From positions 109,120,001-109,184,000 of the forward strand of contig OX597817.1 in NCBI GenBank assembly GCA_951406725.2: 64,000 nucleotides of DNA, in the 5' to 3' direction. This document shows, piece by piece, positions 12,850 to 27,080 of this stretch. Position numbers and translations under genes: made by a program. Position 1 is the stretch's first letter; every line of letters starts with the position of its first letter. This DNA comes from Octopus vulgaris (taxonomy: Eukaryota). The notes beneath the pieces were generated by a model. It was not told the DNA's origin. It saw only the letters and a list, made by a program, of their open reading frames with translations, and searched no databases.

Positions 12850-15260
12850 AAAAATCACCCCCGTGGAAAACAAATGAGCTGGTACTCGGCGAAAACTAAT
12901 AAAAGACCGGATTATCCCCCTAATGTCTCAAATAAAGCCGAAAATATACAAATGGACAATAGAGGGACTTGTTTCTATTCTACATGCATATTATACAGTC
13001 ATATTCTAACTAATAGCAAAACTTTGACAATAGTCACCGATAACATTTTGAGAGAAAATAGCCAACAAAATATCAAGAATCGAAATAGAACAGTTAAAAG
13101 GAAGATACACACAGGAAGCTTAAATGACGCACGCGAAAGAAAGAACAAAAAGTACGAAGAATCAAAGAGCACAAAAATCAAAGATCCTGGCTAAATTACA
13201 AAGAATGCGGCAATACAAAAAGCGGCAGCAACTCTTTGAGCAAACCGAACAGCTCTGCTCCAACATGAAAAGAATTCTATGAAGAATTAGTTAAAATAAA
13301 ATAGAAATTTATGTAGTGCCAACAGCGAAAGTAAGAGAAAATTTCTGCGGAGGAATATGAATAGTAAATGATTCACTATGGATGAGATCGCTCGTACCAA
13401 GGAACACATCAATTGAACACTGGCAGATGGCCATAACAACAGAATTATCAGAGCCGTATTGCGAAAGAAAAAAGAATGAATGCGCAAGAAAATAATAAAT
13501 CGCAAACATCTGTTCAAAATATTAACAGTTACACATAGGGAGCAATCAGCGTTGTTTCATAAGATACTGATGGTGAAGGGGTCAAGACATGACTGGTTTA
13601 CTAAAGGAGGAAAAATATCTTAATATCCATGTCTAAACAAACAGCAAGTCATAGAAATGACAGTTCCATAATGTGGTTTCTTGCAGTCTTCGAAGACTTG
13701 ACAGCAATAATACTACAGAGGATAAGCAAATAACTAGACCATGGGATCTTTTCCCAGTAAAGCACAAAGGTTATGACAATTGTTCACAAAGAAGTAAAGA
13801 TCAATTACTGAAGAATAAAGCTTCCAAGCTGTAAAATGAAAAAAAGAATCTGAGTTTGACATAATTAACTATAAGTTGTTTGATAATGTTCCCCCTAAAG
13901 TTCCAATCCAAGAAATATTGCATATGAGTAAAGAAGTATCAATGATAACCAAATACATTAAACATAACACGAATAAATAACAAATGATTCTACAGATACA
14001 GAGAAAATAACGAATTATTGAAAGGAGCCACTTCTCTATTAAGCGAAGCGTATTTCAAGGTGGCCCCTTTCTCAATTTCCTCTCTGCTGGAGCTAATAAT
14101 TTTAACCAGCATCATTATAAATGATATGGGAGAAGAGGTAATCATTTTTTGTATAGAAGCGATTCATAAAGGAATATAGATATTACAAACAATACTTGGT
14201 TTGAAATGAGATTCGGATTACAATAATGCGCCAAGACTACCTTGAAAGAACATAGATTAATTATGAGCACTAGTCTCATGCAAAATGAAAAAGGAACGAA
14301 ACAACAGAAATTGAATAATTAGGCGAAACACAGATTTACAAATAGTAATCAGAATACAATGAAAAAATACAATGAGAAAATGAAAGGAAGGTTTAAGAAG
14401 GAATATCATATACGCATTAGAATAATACTTATAACTTAATACTTAATGCTCAATACTTAACACTTAAAATATAATACTGAAATCAATACATATATTTATA
14501 CTGAAATGTCGTAAAAATGGGTAATAATAACTATCTGTCCACCCTAACAAATGATACATCTCTAAAAGAAATGAAGACATTCTGCAAACATGAGTTGGAA
14601 AGAGAAAGAACGTAAATGTGGAGACTGAAAGAAATATAACTAGAAAGTGAAGATTGAAACAAATAATCCTTATAAAAGCTGCCGTGGGAATGATTATTAA
14701 AAGTAGCAAACAGAAACGTAACAAAAACGGAAAGATATAAAAATACGCAGAGCATAGAGAAAACGGCACTACCAAGTACAGCAAGCATAGAGTACTTTAA
14801 ATAGAAAATTACAACCAAGACGAAATACAAATACAACACATAAATAAGGTAATCGGAACTGTGCTAGGGAGTGCAGTGAAACTACAATAAAATAATTCTA
14901 GAATAAGGGACATAATATTAAAATGAAGTCCCAAATCTTGTGAATGAAGTAATGTATATAGTGAAAAGCCAGTCCATGTTCAAACGGTGTATGACTGAGC
15001 AGGGTGGAAGAGAAAACTCAAAAATCGAAGACTAAAGGTGAAAGGCAATGTCTGATTTTACTGCTTAACACCAATTCTCAGTCGTAAAAAGCTACAACAA
15101 AATAATGAAGCAAACGAGTATTATGTGCAAAGTATTTGATTAGCACAACGACACTAGTGACAGCATGATATCTAGCTCTCTAACTGTTGGTAAGTTGGAA
15201 TATATGCGCAGACATGGTTTAGAGGGTAGATGTATCTCTTAGTGCATAAGACTGTAATGA
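12850..15260 (+). mobile_element. Heavily degenerate R4/Dong-like LINE (reverse transcriptase region)
   Basis: Decayed RT motifs appear in the expected order: INYKLFDNVP (~13865, cf. WIDYKKAFDSVPH), KRSVFQGGP (14041, cf. RGIFQGDSLSP), NHFLY (~14140, cf. NHL.YMDD) and MRFGLQ*CAK (~14207). Many stops and frameshifts. Confidence 0.6.
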
Positions 15261-15459
15261 GAATACTTACAGTCTTATATACGACTCAGTCCCTTTTGAC
15301 CAAAATATCGTACACTAGGAAGTCGAGAAACACTTTAAAAGGATATTAAAATGTAATATATGTATTATGAATGTAAGCTCCATATCAATAACTGCAGAAC
15401 TGGATCCGACAGAGGAGAATAGGAACAAAATGAATAGATATATAAATAGATAAAAAATA

Positions 15460-15499
15460 TCTATATATACAAAACCCAACTTGGGTGTCTGTGTGTGTA

Positions 15500-15560
<61 letters not shown>

Positions 15561-16112
15561 AACTTCTCGGCACATCTCCTCCTAGCCAACAAATCGTAGA
15601 ACCACCAAAAATGGGTCACTTAAAGTTTAGGCGAATGAAAATTGAACTTCGCTATTTCTGTTCCGAAATTCATCTCGCAAATGCAAAAATCGATAATGTG
15701 TTTGTTTAGGCCTTATCCCATGCATTGAAGAGTGAACTTTACTCAGTCAGCTGTTTGACATGAACTGTGTTCACCACGCGTGCAAGCATGCGTAAATTGC
15801 ATGAAAAAAAAAATCAAGATATAAAACCGAATCGCCGTAAACATTGTAGAAATTCGGCAAAGAAATGAATTTTCTGGATGTAGCCTGGAGGGTTTTTTCG
15901 TATTAATCGTTTGGACTTTGTGAACACAAACCAATTGTTTTCATAACATTTTTAACGCTTTGAATTAAATGTGACCATTTTGCGTTGAGTCTGCAGTTTG
16001 AATCAGTTTAACCAAATTTTAGCAGGCCGGATTTTTGACCATCACGATACATCGCCAGCAACTCCCTGAAACTCTTCCCCGAAAACCCCGTTGAGCCGGG
16101 CAATACTGCTAG
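15460..16112 (+). mobile_element. Non-autonomous Helitron (653 bp)
   Basis: 5' A|TCTATATATAC start and internal (TG)n. The 3' end has a CCCG-ttgagc-CGGG hairpin 8 nt before CTAG|T, so the element sits between A and T with no TSD. Confidence 0.7.
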
Positions 16113-16329
16113 TATTTAAATAAATAAATAAAACATTCATGGTTAATTTCTCTTCATACAATCCAAAATATAGTCACCAACAAAACATCTCATGTAATGT
16201 ACTTCCTGCATTTCTCAGATAACATTCATTCTACATCACCGTTGCTCATAAAAATAACACAGTTCACACATCATATTGACCATAGTATTAAACTGGTGTC
16301 TTGATGGTTAGTGATACCTCTCTTCAAAC

Positions 16330-16500
16330 TATAGGGAATTTACAAATATTCCTTCTAAATAATGCCAGTCTTCCTGCAACTCCATAGCTTGGATTGCAAT
16401 TCCAATATCTCTCAGAAAATTTAACAATGGTTTTGTTGTCCCTATGGCAACGGAAATTTCTCTCAAACGTATTAGACTTTCTCATATTTCAAGCGTGCAT
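16330..16500 (-). mobile_element. Degenerate R4/Dong-like C-terminal fragment
   Basis: The minus strand gives SVAIGTTKP...IGIAIQAMELQ, resembling the VPIIVGVLG...IGAAISVEHLQK end of the 3440-3720 copy. Confidence 0.35.
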
Positions 16501-16732
16501 TCTTTCAATCGTTTCTTCATGCTTTATTTGGTTCTGACGTTATATGTCAACATTTAAAATTTTAAAATATTAAGTCCTTTTATCCTGTGATATCTCCCTT
16601 GAAAACATGTAATACGACCAATTTGCACTTAGAAATTTTGCAATAACAATTTTTCGATGACAGGTTTTAAGTTGGAATCTAAACTTCTAACTTACTTTCC
16701 AGCATATCTTGTTTTCAAAATTGTGTTATGGT

Positions 16733-16932
16733 TTAAGGCGGCGAGCCGGGCGAAATGGTTAGCAGTATTTCGTCTGTCTTTACGTTCTGACTTCAAATTC
16801 CGCCGAAATCGACTTTGCCTTTCATCCTTTTAGAGTCGATAAATTAAGTACCAGTTGCGTACTGGGGCAGATCTAATCGACTGGCCCCTCCACGAGAATT
16901 TCGGACCTTGTGCCAAGAGTAGAAAAGAATAT
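16733..16932 (+). mobile_element. Major SINE family, well-preserved copy
   Basis: TAAGGCGGCGAGC...TTCAAATTCCGCCGAAATCGACTTTGCCTTTCATCCTTT...TAAGTACCAGTTG...CCTTGTGCC. Contains a B-box-like TTCAAATTCC. Confidence 0.85.
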
Positions 16933-18206
16933 TGTGTTATGGTTTCTTTTATATTGTGTCCGTGCATTTTGCAATCTTCATACAGTGTATGCTTGCCAAA
17001 ATCATTAGTTTTGCTATATGTCTGTTACTTGCTACCCTGCTATCATTATTTTACTGGCGTTTTGCTTGCCATTGCACGGGATCTTCATATCCCACATTAA
17101 ATCAGCTTTTACAACAAGAACCATTCTTCTTATGGCTTTCTTCTAATTGCCAGACAAACTGTCTACCTAACTCGTATTCATTCCAGTTTTGTATCGTCTT
17201 TATTTTATATATAATCCTTCATCATAAGCGTAATAAAAATACACATTCAATTGAGCTGTGGAAGACAGAAAGGGATATTGAAACCTCAAAAACAAAACTT
17301 TCGGTCTGCGGCCCTATGTCAAGACAGAAGAAAGTCAAAAGCAGTGGGGAGCAGGGAAAGAATATAGAATCAGCTTTGTGAGACATGGACAATGATAGAC
17401 AATAGTGAAATAAATTCATTTTGAGCAAAGAAAAGAAAGCGTGCGATTAGGGAAATACGAGTAATAAATGTGGATAGATATTGTGAAATGAAATATTTGC
17501 AAATCAGGTGTATGTATATGGTCAACAGATATGATAGACAAAGAGAAGGAAAATGAAATATGTGTGATGTTTTATGTGAGTAAATCCGGAGTTAAATTTG
17601 TAAGTAAGATAGTGTGAACTTGAGTAGATACTATGTGTAAAACAATGTGTTAGTAGGTACTGCATATGAGACGTTTTATTGTGTGAGTCTGAGTGTGTGG
17701 AAATACAGATAATCTCGGTGAGAAGTGTATGTGTGTGTGAGCACGCGCTCATTATATGAGCGTGTGAGTAGAAAAGATGTGATCTGTTCACAAATAGCAT
17801 CCCAGGGTTGAAAATTGAAGCTTTCCTGTACTTTCGTGAACTAGTTGTATAATTTCGAAGTGCCGAATTGGTGTGGGTAAGTACTTTTGACGATAGGTGA
17901 GTAAGTTGGCAGGAAAATCTAGGAATGGGACGTACATTTAGTATTCCAGAGTGATCATGCATTCTATGTGGTCCTCCTCCAATTATACTGGTTACTACTC
18001 ACCATTTTAGAGGTTTCTTTGTCCCATTATTGCAATTCATTGCTATCTTTATATTAATATGCGTTTCGTAATTGTTAATATTCACCTTCTTTTACTCAAT
18101 AAAGATAGATATTTGTTAATCAGTTTTGAATATTTCAGAGTTCTATATCCCTAAAATGGTGGGCAATCGTGGTCCCAAAACTAACAGTTATTCTTATTAC
18201 TATTAT

Positions 18207-18460
18207 TATTGAGGGAGAGAGCAGTGCATGTCATCAAAGTGGCATTGGGGTTAAAATATACGAAGTCCAGTGTACCCATCATAGCTACCCGTCTGATAAG
18301 GGTGCATAAGGTAAATGCATTCCAACAATATGTGTACGACATGGTGATCTCGTATCAAGATAAACAGCGCATGACCTTGCAGCTGAAGCCTAATAGCCCA
18401 TCCCGCTCAAAAGGTCACTGGATTAGGATTTAAGGATGTCGAACGAAACACCCATGCTCA
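18207..18460 (+). mobile_element. (ATT)n-associated interspersed repeat, partial copy
   Basis: Collinear with 18810-19080 (GAGAGCAGTGCATG..ATCAAAGTG...TATCAAGATAAACAGC...GAACGAAACACCCATG). Confidence 0.75.
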
Positions 18461-18809
18461 CAGTTTCCTCAGCTCTTTTACTAGATCTTGATACTTTTCA
18501 ATTTTGTTTTAGTATCTTTGGAATCGATCTACCATCATAGGAAACTGCAAAATTTGTGATCTTACACTATTTGTTTAATGTATCCTCTATAATCATATCA
18601 AGATAAACTATTACCTCAATAATATGGTCAGCCTTTATAGCGATGTCCCACAAGATCTTGTAATTTTCATTTTTTGTCACATATCATTGCACTATTGCCT
18701 ATACAGCCATGTTTGCGCATATAATTCTATTGTGCTCATTCAAAATGTGATTGATACTTACATCTACTTTCCTACAGATTCTACATTATCATTATTATTA
18801 TTATTATTA

Positions 18810-19350
18810 TTGAGTGAGAGAGCAATGCATGCCATCAAAGTGACACTGGGGTAAAATATATGAAGCTCAGTATACCCATCATGACTACTTGTCTAATGAA
18901 GGTACACCACGCACATGTATCACGACTAGACGTACGTAACATAGGGATCTCATATCAAGATAAACAGCACATGGCATAGCAGGTGGGTTCCAGTTAGAAT
19001 TTTCTTCGGTTTCAGTGACTCATCCCGTTCAAAAGATCACTGAATAAGGTTTGTTTAGGATGATGAACGAAACACCCATGTTTACAGGGGTGAATTATTC
19101 AAACTTAAAAGAATTCCTGTCAACGCATGGCTATGATACTACCCCATTACTCCTACTTGTGATTAGAGGTGCATATATCGGCCTCCAGTACGGGACATGC
19201 TCAACTGATTAAGGTCAAGCAAATCTGTAGTATTGAGCAGAATATTTGCCGTGGCTCATCTTTTATACAAAAACAAAACATAAACAAGATAGCATTTCCA
19301 ATCAATTAAGATCAGAAGCTATGAGAGCCACACAGTTGAACAGCATCGAG
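18810..19350 (+). mobile_element. (ATT)n-associated interspersed repeat, longer copy
   Basis: Second copy of the 18207 repeat, flanked on both sides by (ATT)n. Confidence 0.75.
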
Positions 19351-19354
19351 GCAT

Positions 19355-19366
19355 TTATTATTATTA

Positions 19367-19445
<79 letters not shown>

Positions 19446-19465
19446 CATCATCATCATCATCATCA

Positions 19466-19516
<51 letters not shown>
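19355..19516 (+). repeat. (ATT)n/(ATC)n microsatellite; others at 3741-3820 and 8807-8915
   Basis: Direct trinucleotide repeat. Confidence 0.95.
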
Positions 19517-19999
19517 GGGCGGTGAACTGGCAGAAGTATTAGAACGTCGGGCAAAATGCATAAAGGCATCTCTTCTGGCTATTACGTTTTCAAGCAGCTT
19601 CTAACTCTGAGTAATTTTCAACAGATATTTCTTTAAGTATAAAATAGCTACTTGTTTTATTAGCAGAAATTAAAACATACTCCTTTACTTCTCTATGATA
19701 TGCTGTAATGGTTACGCATTGTTTTATCGTGGACAACCGAAAGACATCCGGAGTTATCATTCTACCCTAAATCTGAACACTCACTCCACAATACAGGCCA
19801 TGTTTAATTCATTCAACTTAATTATAGTTTCCGGGTTAATTTCTATATTCTCTACTTGTATTAGTAATTTAAATAATAATTTTTCTCAACAGTAAAGATG
19901 GAATTGTAATTGATTAGAATTTCTTGGCGAATCAGCTCAAATTTTCGTATTTAGTTTTCATATACCATGCTCTCTGTCATTATCAGATTCATCGTCGTT

Positions 20000-20560
20000 A
20001 TACGCGCAGATGTGGCTACAGTGACATGAACAACTCAATAATGGTTGTTAAGCGGTGGAGGGCGCATTTCTAGAACATAGCATTTATTCGTGCTAGTACT
20101 AACGATGTTTTTGAAGCATTATTATAACTTTGCAGTGTCAGATTTTGTGGGATCCGTTTTTGTTTACCACTCCTTCGTATCCACTGAGTCTTAGAGTAAA
20201 CTGTTATTTTTATATTCTGATGAGTTTTGCTTTTGTGTTATGGTTTGCTGAAGTATCGGCTCCTGAAGTTTTACTTTGCATTAATTTTTATAATTTTTAT
20301 AATTTTCTATTTCCTTGCTCTATTAAATTTAATCGGTTCCTTAATGTCCCTTTATGATATTATTTGAGGATGGATCATAGGACTGCTTTTCAGCATATTT
20401 GTTAATGGATTCCATGGAATTATTTAATGGGTTTAGTTTGCCTGTAAAGACTATATAAGCCTTCAAACCTCGACTCTGGCAAATTTCAATGAAATTCTCT
20501 AGCGATGCATGGTGATATTCAGTCTCATGTTGTTCCATTTAATTATCCCTTTTGATGAAT
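20000..20560 (-). mobile_element. Very degenerate Naiad-like PLE fragment (linker and endonuclease end)
   Basis: Minus-strand SINKYAEKQSYDPSSNNIIKGH resembles the PLE linker IFN+NT.K.SYS...N...IIK.HN. SYNNASKT at ~20130 resembles the PY.N.SK.C endonuclease motif. Confidence 0.3.
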
Positions 20561-21203
20561 TGTTGCGATGTCTACTTTCCGTAATGCCAAATACCTTGTT
20601 CAACATTGGGTACAAGAGTATTTATAATGCATTCTAGTACATTTTCTAAAACCCTAGTTATTAGTTTTTCTTATGGATTTCGTAGACAAGGTGAGAATTA
20701 AAAGCGAACGTGGAACAAAGATCATGCGATAGAACATAAAATTAACAACGAAACTTTGTTTTTTGTAATGAGAACAACGTCATAGACATTCTTGTATGAA
20801 GTTATTTAAACTAATAGAAATTTAGAGAATTACTCAGAATTTATGGCGCTACTTTAGAAACGCACCTCTCTAAGGAAATGAAATGCAATTTTAAAGAATT
20901 ATGAAGATGGGAAATATATATACAAAATAAATGATGTATGCAAAAAACTAGAAAGATTCATCCGTCTTTAAATATTATATACTAAAAAATAAAACAAACG
21001 GAAAACGTTATTAATGATATGAGGGGCCAAATAGCCACTGACTTATATGTTGTATAATTTATTTTCTATGTAAACTGAAAATAAAAATAAAAAATACAAA
21101 ACTTGCATACGTCCTAAACATTTTACTCTATCGTTTTATAATTATTTCTGTCGTATATCACATCGTAAAATGGGCGAAGGTAAAGCGAGTGCACACCACC
21201 TCT

Positions 21204-21412
21204 CCCTAACACTAACCCTAAAACAAACCCTAAAACTGACCCTAACCCTAACCCTAAAATTAACCCTAACACTAACTCTGACCCTAAAACTAACACTAAC
21301 CCTAAAACTGACCCTAACCCTAACCCTAAAATTAACCCTAATTCTAACCCTAACCCTAACCCTAAACCTAACGCTAACTCTAAAACTAACCCTAACCCTA
21401 ACCCTAACCCTC
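21204..21412 (+). repeat. Interstitial telomere-like (CCCTAA)n degenerate array
   Basis: About 35 hexamer units of CCCTAA and variants (AACTAA, AACTGA, AATTAA, CACTAA, CTCTAA). Confidence 0.9.
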
Positions 21413-24400
21413 AAACCAACTCCTTAGAGTATAGGTTCAGTGGGTTGTGGTGATTTTATTCCTTGATGATTGTATAGGTTAATATGCTGGCTGATGTTGA
21501 GTTGAAGGTGTTTTCAATAGAGTTAGTGTTGTGTCTTGCAGCTCTGTTCTCGAAACATACATGAATTTGTTATCTCTACTTTGATGTTTACGTTAGTGTT
21601 CATATTTTATCTAATTTTCTCTCGCTTCAATTATTGATATTTTCACATTCATGCACACCATCTACTAAGGTTTCAACATCTTTGTATTTTGACTTATTTT
21701 ATTTCCTTCCGGGCAATATTTTGAACAGAAGGGTTTGATATGTATTTTAGAGTACAGATATATCCGTTCTAGACTTTAATAAATATATTTGAACGATTTG
21801 CTTGACATTCTTGATATGGCCAGGATAGACTCAGAAGACTGATCGCTGTAATGCACAAAATTTGGTACATGTTAATGTTACTTATCCGTTTTAGCGTCGA
21901 CGTTTTGATATAAGACTGAGTGAACACAGCTGCCACCAAGGCCGTATATGTAAATATCGGTAACTTAATCAGATTATTTCCGCAGCCGGAAATAATCTGA
22001 TAAAGTGCTTCATTATGTTGGCTGCATAGTCTCGATATTTGTTCTAACACTTTACGTTCTCAGTTCAAATTCTGTCAAAGTTAAGATTGCTATTTCATTC
22101 TTCCGAGGGCGATAAAATATATTACCAGTAATGTAATGGAATCACTGCACACTATTCATTCAGTCATCCAACAATTCTGATCTTTTTTCCGTGTTAGCCT
22201 CAACGCCCCCCTCCTTTCCCTTTTAATTATTAGTTCACATTGACTTTGTTTAACCTGGGGTTAGCTATTATGGAACCAATCTGTGATTAAAAACGTTCTA
22301 GTAATGACCATTCAATCTTTTAAAACATTGTTTATATAAGGATGTTGTGATCCAAAATGTTATTTATTTTCTTATTTATGTCTGAATTTGTTTTGGGATC
22401 TTCCTGTATGGTATCAGAATACAATTATCATCAATCAAAGTAACATTGTTTACTACAGAGATTTGTTGTTGATTTCATGTTTTAATTTTGCTTCTGGCAC
22501 GCCCGGATCGAGTAGTTATTACTCCAAGTACTGTTTACCCTCCAATGGTTACAGGAACATATCGAGCAGACCTTCATTCCTCCAAATATAATATGACTTT
22601 GCATCTAACGGAGGATCATGCTGTCTGAGCAAAGAGGGGGATAGATACCCTTGTGTCCGCTCAATCAAAGCCGACCAGAAGTAAAATTAGATGGAGCGTC
22701 ATACTCTATACTGACAATAATTGCTATTGCTAATTAATTTTATATTATTCCAGGTCAAGCAAAACTTATGATCAAAGATACAATTTAATGTCAGGCTACA
22801 TTTTTCTGTATGTCTCTTGAGAGTTACATGGCTAATATTTATTGATATTTCTCGCAGGTCAGACACAGTTTCTTCAGTTTAGGTATGTTGTGCTTCTACT
22901 GTTCCTTTTGGTATTGAATTCGTAATGATGGTCAGAGTGGAGGTGGGCAAGGTACACTCAGAGTGAGTGCAATAGTTATTGCTCTTCTGTATTATTACAG
23001 ATGAGGAGCATCTCAGTGCAGTTTGAATGAACACGGAAATACATTAGCATGTTTGTATGGTTTATGTTTGCTCGGACGCAGCAGATAATATTGTAAGAGT
23101 GCAAAGATTAAGATGTCCCTGGGTCTCAGTACATGAGGTTATGCTTGAGAAGGTTGATGCTTGCATAGCGAAGTGCACTTCAATATTATGTACCTTTATT
23201 CATTTATTTACTTATTTATTTTTCTATTTCTTTCTTTTGGTATTGTGATTTGTGTGCAGTTTCGAGTGATGCCAAGTACAATATTTTGTTTCTTCTAGTT
23301 CCTTAGGACTTATGATATTTATGTTTCGTGTATCTGTTTCTTCCCTTTGGAGTTAAGGTCATTTCAAACATCAAAAATAATGAAACTTTATATTGATGTA
23401 CCTAACATATCCATTCCATTTCCCAAATGTTTCGGTTGAAACTTACCTCTTGCTTTTCATTGAACCTGACACAAATTTCTGGATAGTAATAAAACGTGAA
23501 TGCGAGCGGTTTGTTTTCTCGCTTACATTACACATAAACTGATGAAAAATATGAAACCCGTTTCAATTATCCATTTATAATTTGATGCCTTTACATTTCA
23601 AAAATTTTTCGGACACAAACTTCAGGTCTTCCAAGTATCGAACCCGATTAAATTGTCCACTTTCATCAAACGTTTAATTTCTTCCTAAACAAATGTCAGA
23701 TCTTAATTTTGCTCAAATTGTTACCTTGCTTTCATCGACAAGCTTACGTAATATTTCATATAAAATATTAATATATACTAAGAGCGTAAACGAGAACTTC
23801 GATCCATCATAAAGTTTCTTATATATACTTTGGTAAAATACAATTTATTGCTGATTATTTCTTATGCAATAAGTTACAGGCGTCAGCTCTGCTACCCTGT
23901 ACACATAGGAATCACGATTATTTTGCAATGCATCTTTAAATCTAAGTATGTGCAGTACATGCCGGCAATTTGGGCTCATAAAGATTGGTCGTTTTTAGCA
24001 GAGGATCCATATTTTTATTTGATCCAGTTAACTGTATAGAAATTCCTATATATGTAGAAATGCTAAGTAATCCACTTTCTCATATTTTATATTTCTCGTT
24101 GCAGAATAAATAACCTCAAATTTTAGAAGATATCTGTTTTGAATGTAATTCCAATTTCTTCAATTCAGCTTTTAATATTTTCCAGTAAACTAGTAGATTT
24201 GTTTCTGTAACGATTTCTATATATCATTTTTCTCATAATGTTATAATGCTTTCTTTTAACACAAATATACAATAATTGTATACAAACGGGAAAACGTATT
24301 ACATATGTGAATATGTAAAATATTATAAATACTGGGAGTACTGTGTCATCATAATATATAAAACGGATATAAATTTTAATTTTAACTCAATAAATGTTTT

Positions 24401-24584
24401 CATATATTACTAGTCTGAATAGAATTGGAAAAAAAGAAATCAAGATCTACAGGAATAACAAAAAGCATTAATTCCATAACCTCCCAAAGCATCTTCATTG
24501 TATATACATACATTAATACATATATATGTATGTGTGTATATATCTATATCTATATATGTATATGTATATGTATATGTATATCTA

Positions 24585-24726
<142 letters not shown>

Positions 24727-24761
24727 GAAAGTAAAGGTGTGAGCTACCGCAAGAGCGGAAA

Positions 24762-25169
<408 letters not shown>

Positions 25170-25241
25170 TTAATGTAGAGATTGTTAACTTTGCTCAGAA
25201 ACAGGCTAGAATTAAAGAGTTCTAATTGAGCTGTTCCAATT

Positions 25242-25714
25242 TATAATTTCAATGGAGGCAAAACCAGCGGAAAACTAGAGGAATATAACCTACTATCCAA
25301 TAGAATATTCAATATATATGTGTATTTTCACTGGACCTCAATAAATCAATATAAAATTCTAGATAATGCAGTATTAAAACATACAAGCATATAAAATATT
25401 TAATATTTAAAAATACGCAAATATTTAACAATATTTAAAAATACTTAAAGATACGTTGGCATTATAAATATGTATTTATACATTTATAATGCCAACGTAT
25501 TTTTAAGTATTTAAAATTTCTTTTAAATATTTGCGTATTTTTAAATATTTAATGTTCATATTTATATACTTGTATGTTTTAATACTGTATCATCTAGAAC
25601 TTTATATTGATTTATTGAGGTCCAAGAAAAGTACACATATGTATTGAATATTTTATTGGATAGTAGGTTATTTTCCTCTAGTTTTTCGCTGGTATTGCCT
25701 CCATTGAAATTATA
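25242..25714. repeat. Long fold-back palindrome (~235-bp arms, almost no spacer)
   Basis: TATAATTTCAATGGAGGCAA...ATACGTTGGCATTATAAAT is mirrored by ATTTATAATGCCAACGTAT...TTGCCTCCATTGAAATTATA. Centre near 25476. Confidence 0.9.
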
Positions 25715-25782
25715 TATATATATGATTTTATCCTATGTATATACTGTTCAGTATTTACGCGTTGAAAATACAGCTTTCTACT

Positions 25783-25879
<97 letters not shown>

Positions 25880-25882
25880 GGG

Positions 25883-25979
<97 letters not shown>

Positions 25980-26238
25980 CATTACGGTGTAACTTAGCAA
26001 TCGGCTTTTGGCTCTGCGTATTAAACAGCATAGCAGCACAAATACGTAATCCTGCGTGACATTGTCTTACGTCCGACTTAATACCCTGTACACAAACGAT
26101 AGGTAATATCGACAGTAATGGATATCTGACATATGAGTGTATATATTTTGTGATCTATGGATTGTTAGAAGACCATATATATACATATACATACACACAC
26201 ATACATATACAAGCAAATTAGACAGATAAATATATAAC

Positions 26239-26272
<34 letters not shown>

Positions 26273-27080
26273 CGTATAACGTAAATGCATGAAATACAAA
26301 ATATGTATATAAGTATACATATAAAAAGGTCCAACTTACACAGAATACAAATGATATAGAAAATTGAATGTGTAGAATCCAACAGATATTTCTGGGGGCT
26401 CGGCGACCCAGAAGAATGTTTGTAGATTAATTGCATCTGAGAATGTGGCCGTATGGATGCATTTAACAAAGAATTAGACAAGTCTCCGTCTTCGGAGAAG
26501 AGATCTTACATCTCTTCTGAGATGTCACAGAGAAGATCAAAGACGGAAGTTCACAGAGTTCATCTTTGTTCAAAGATTCATGTACTTATTTCATGTACTG
26601 TATTTCATTATTTTATATACTTTATATATTGATCTGTCTAATTTGCTTATCGTCACATTTGCTTCTATACCCACTCAAGTTTGAATATATTGAGTACTGC
26701 TAAATGTATAAAGGTATTCTATACTGAGAACATCTACATCTCATCTATGAACTATATATATATATATATATATACAAACATAACCGAAATGAATACTAAT
26801 AGTTTCATGCTTTTATGATACTTGAACAGGCATGTTGATAAAATACGCCATCTGCCAAAGCGTTACATATTTTAAAACCAAGGATGCTGGAACGTAAAAA
26901 TGTAAAGAAAAACCTGAAAAAATGTGAAGAAAGTCCATGCCAAAACTGGAATGAGAAAAAGGAAATGAAATCAAGAAAACTAAAATCCCTGTCCCCCCTG
27001 ATTGCAGAAAGCTCATTAAATAACAGAACATATGTCAAAGTTTGCGAGACAACAGCACAGTCCGAAGCGGATGGTGCCAT

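Noticed and set aside
22388-22520. FWDLPV...NQSNIV peptide resembling the R4 endonuclease WDF...NRPDIV motif
   Set aside because: Too degenerate to call without an alignment, and the catalytic PD is absent.
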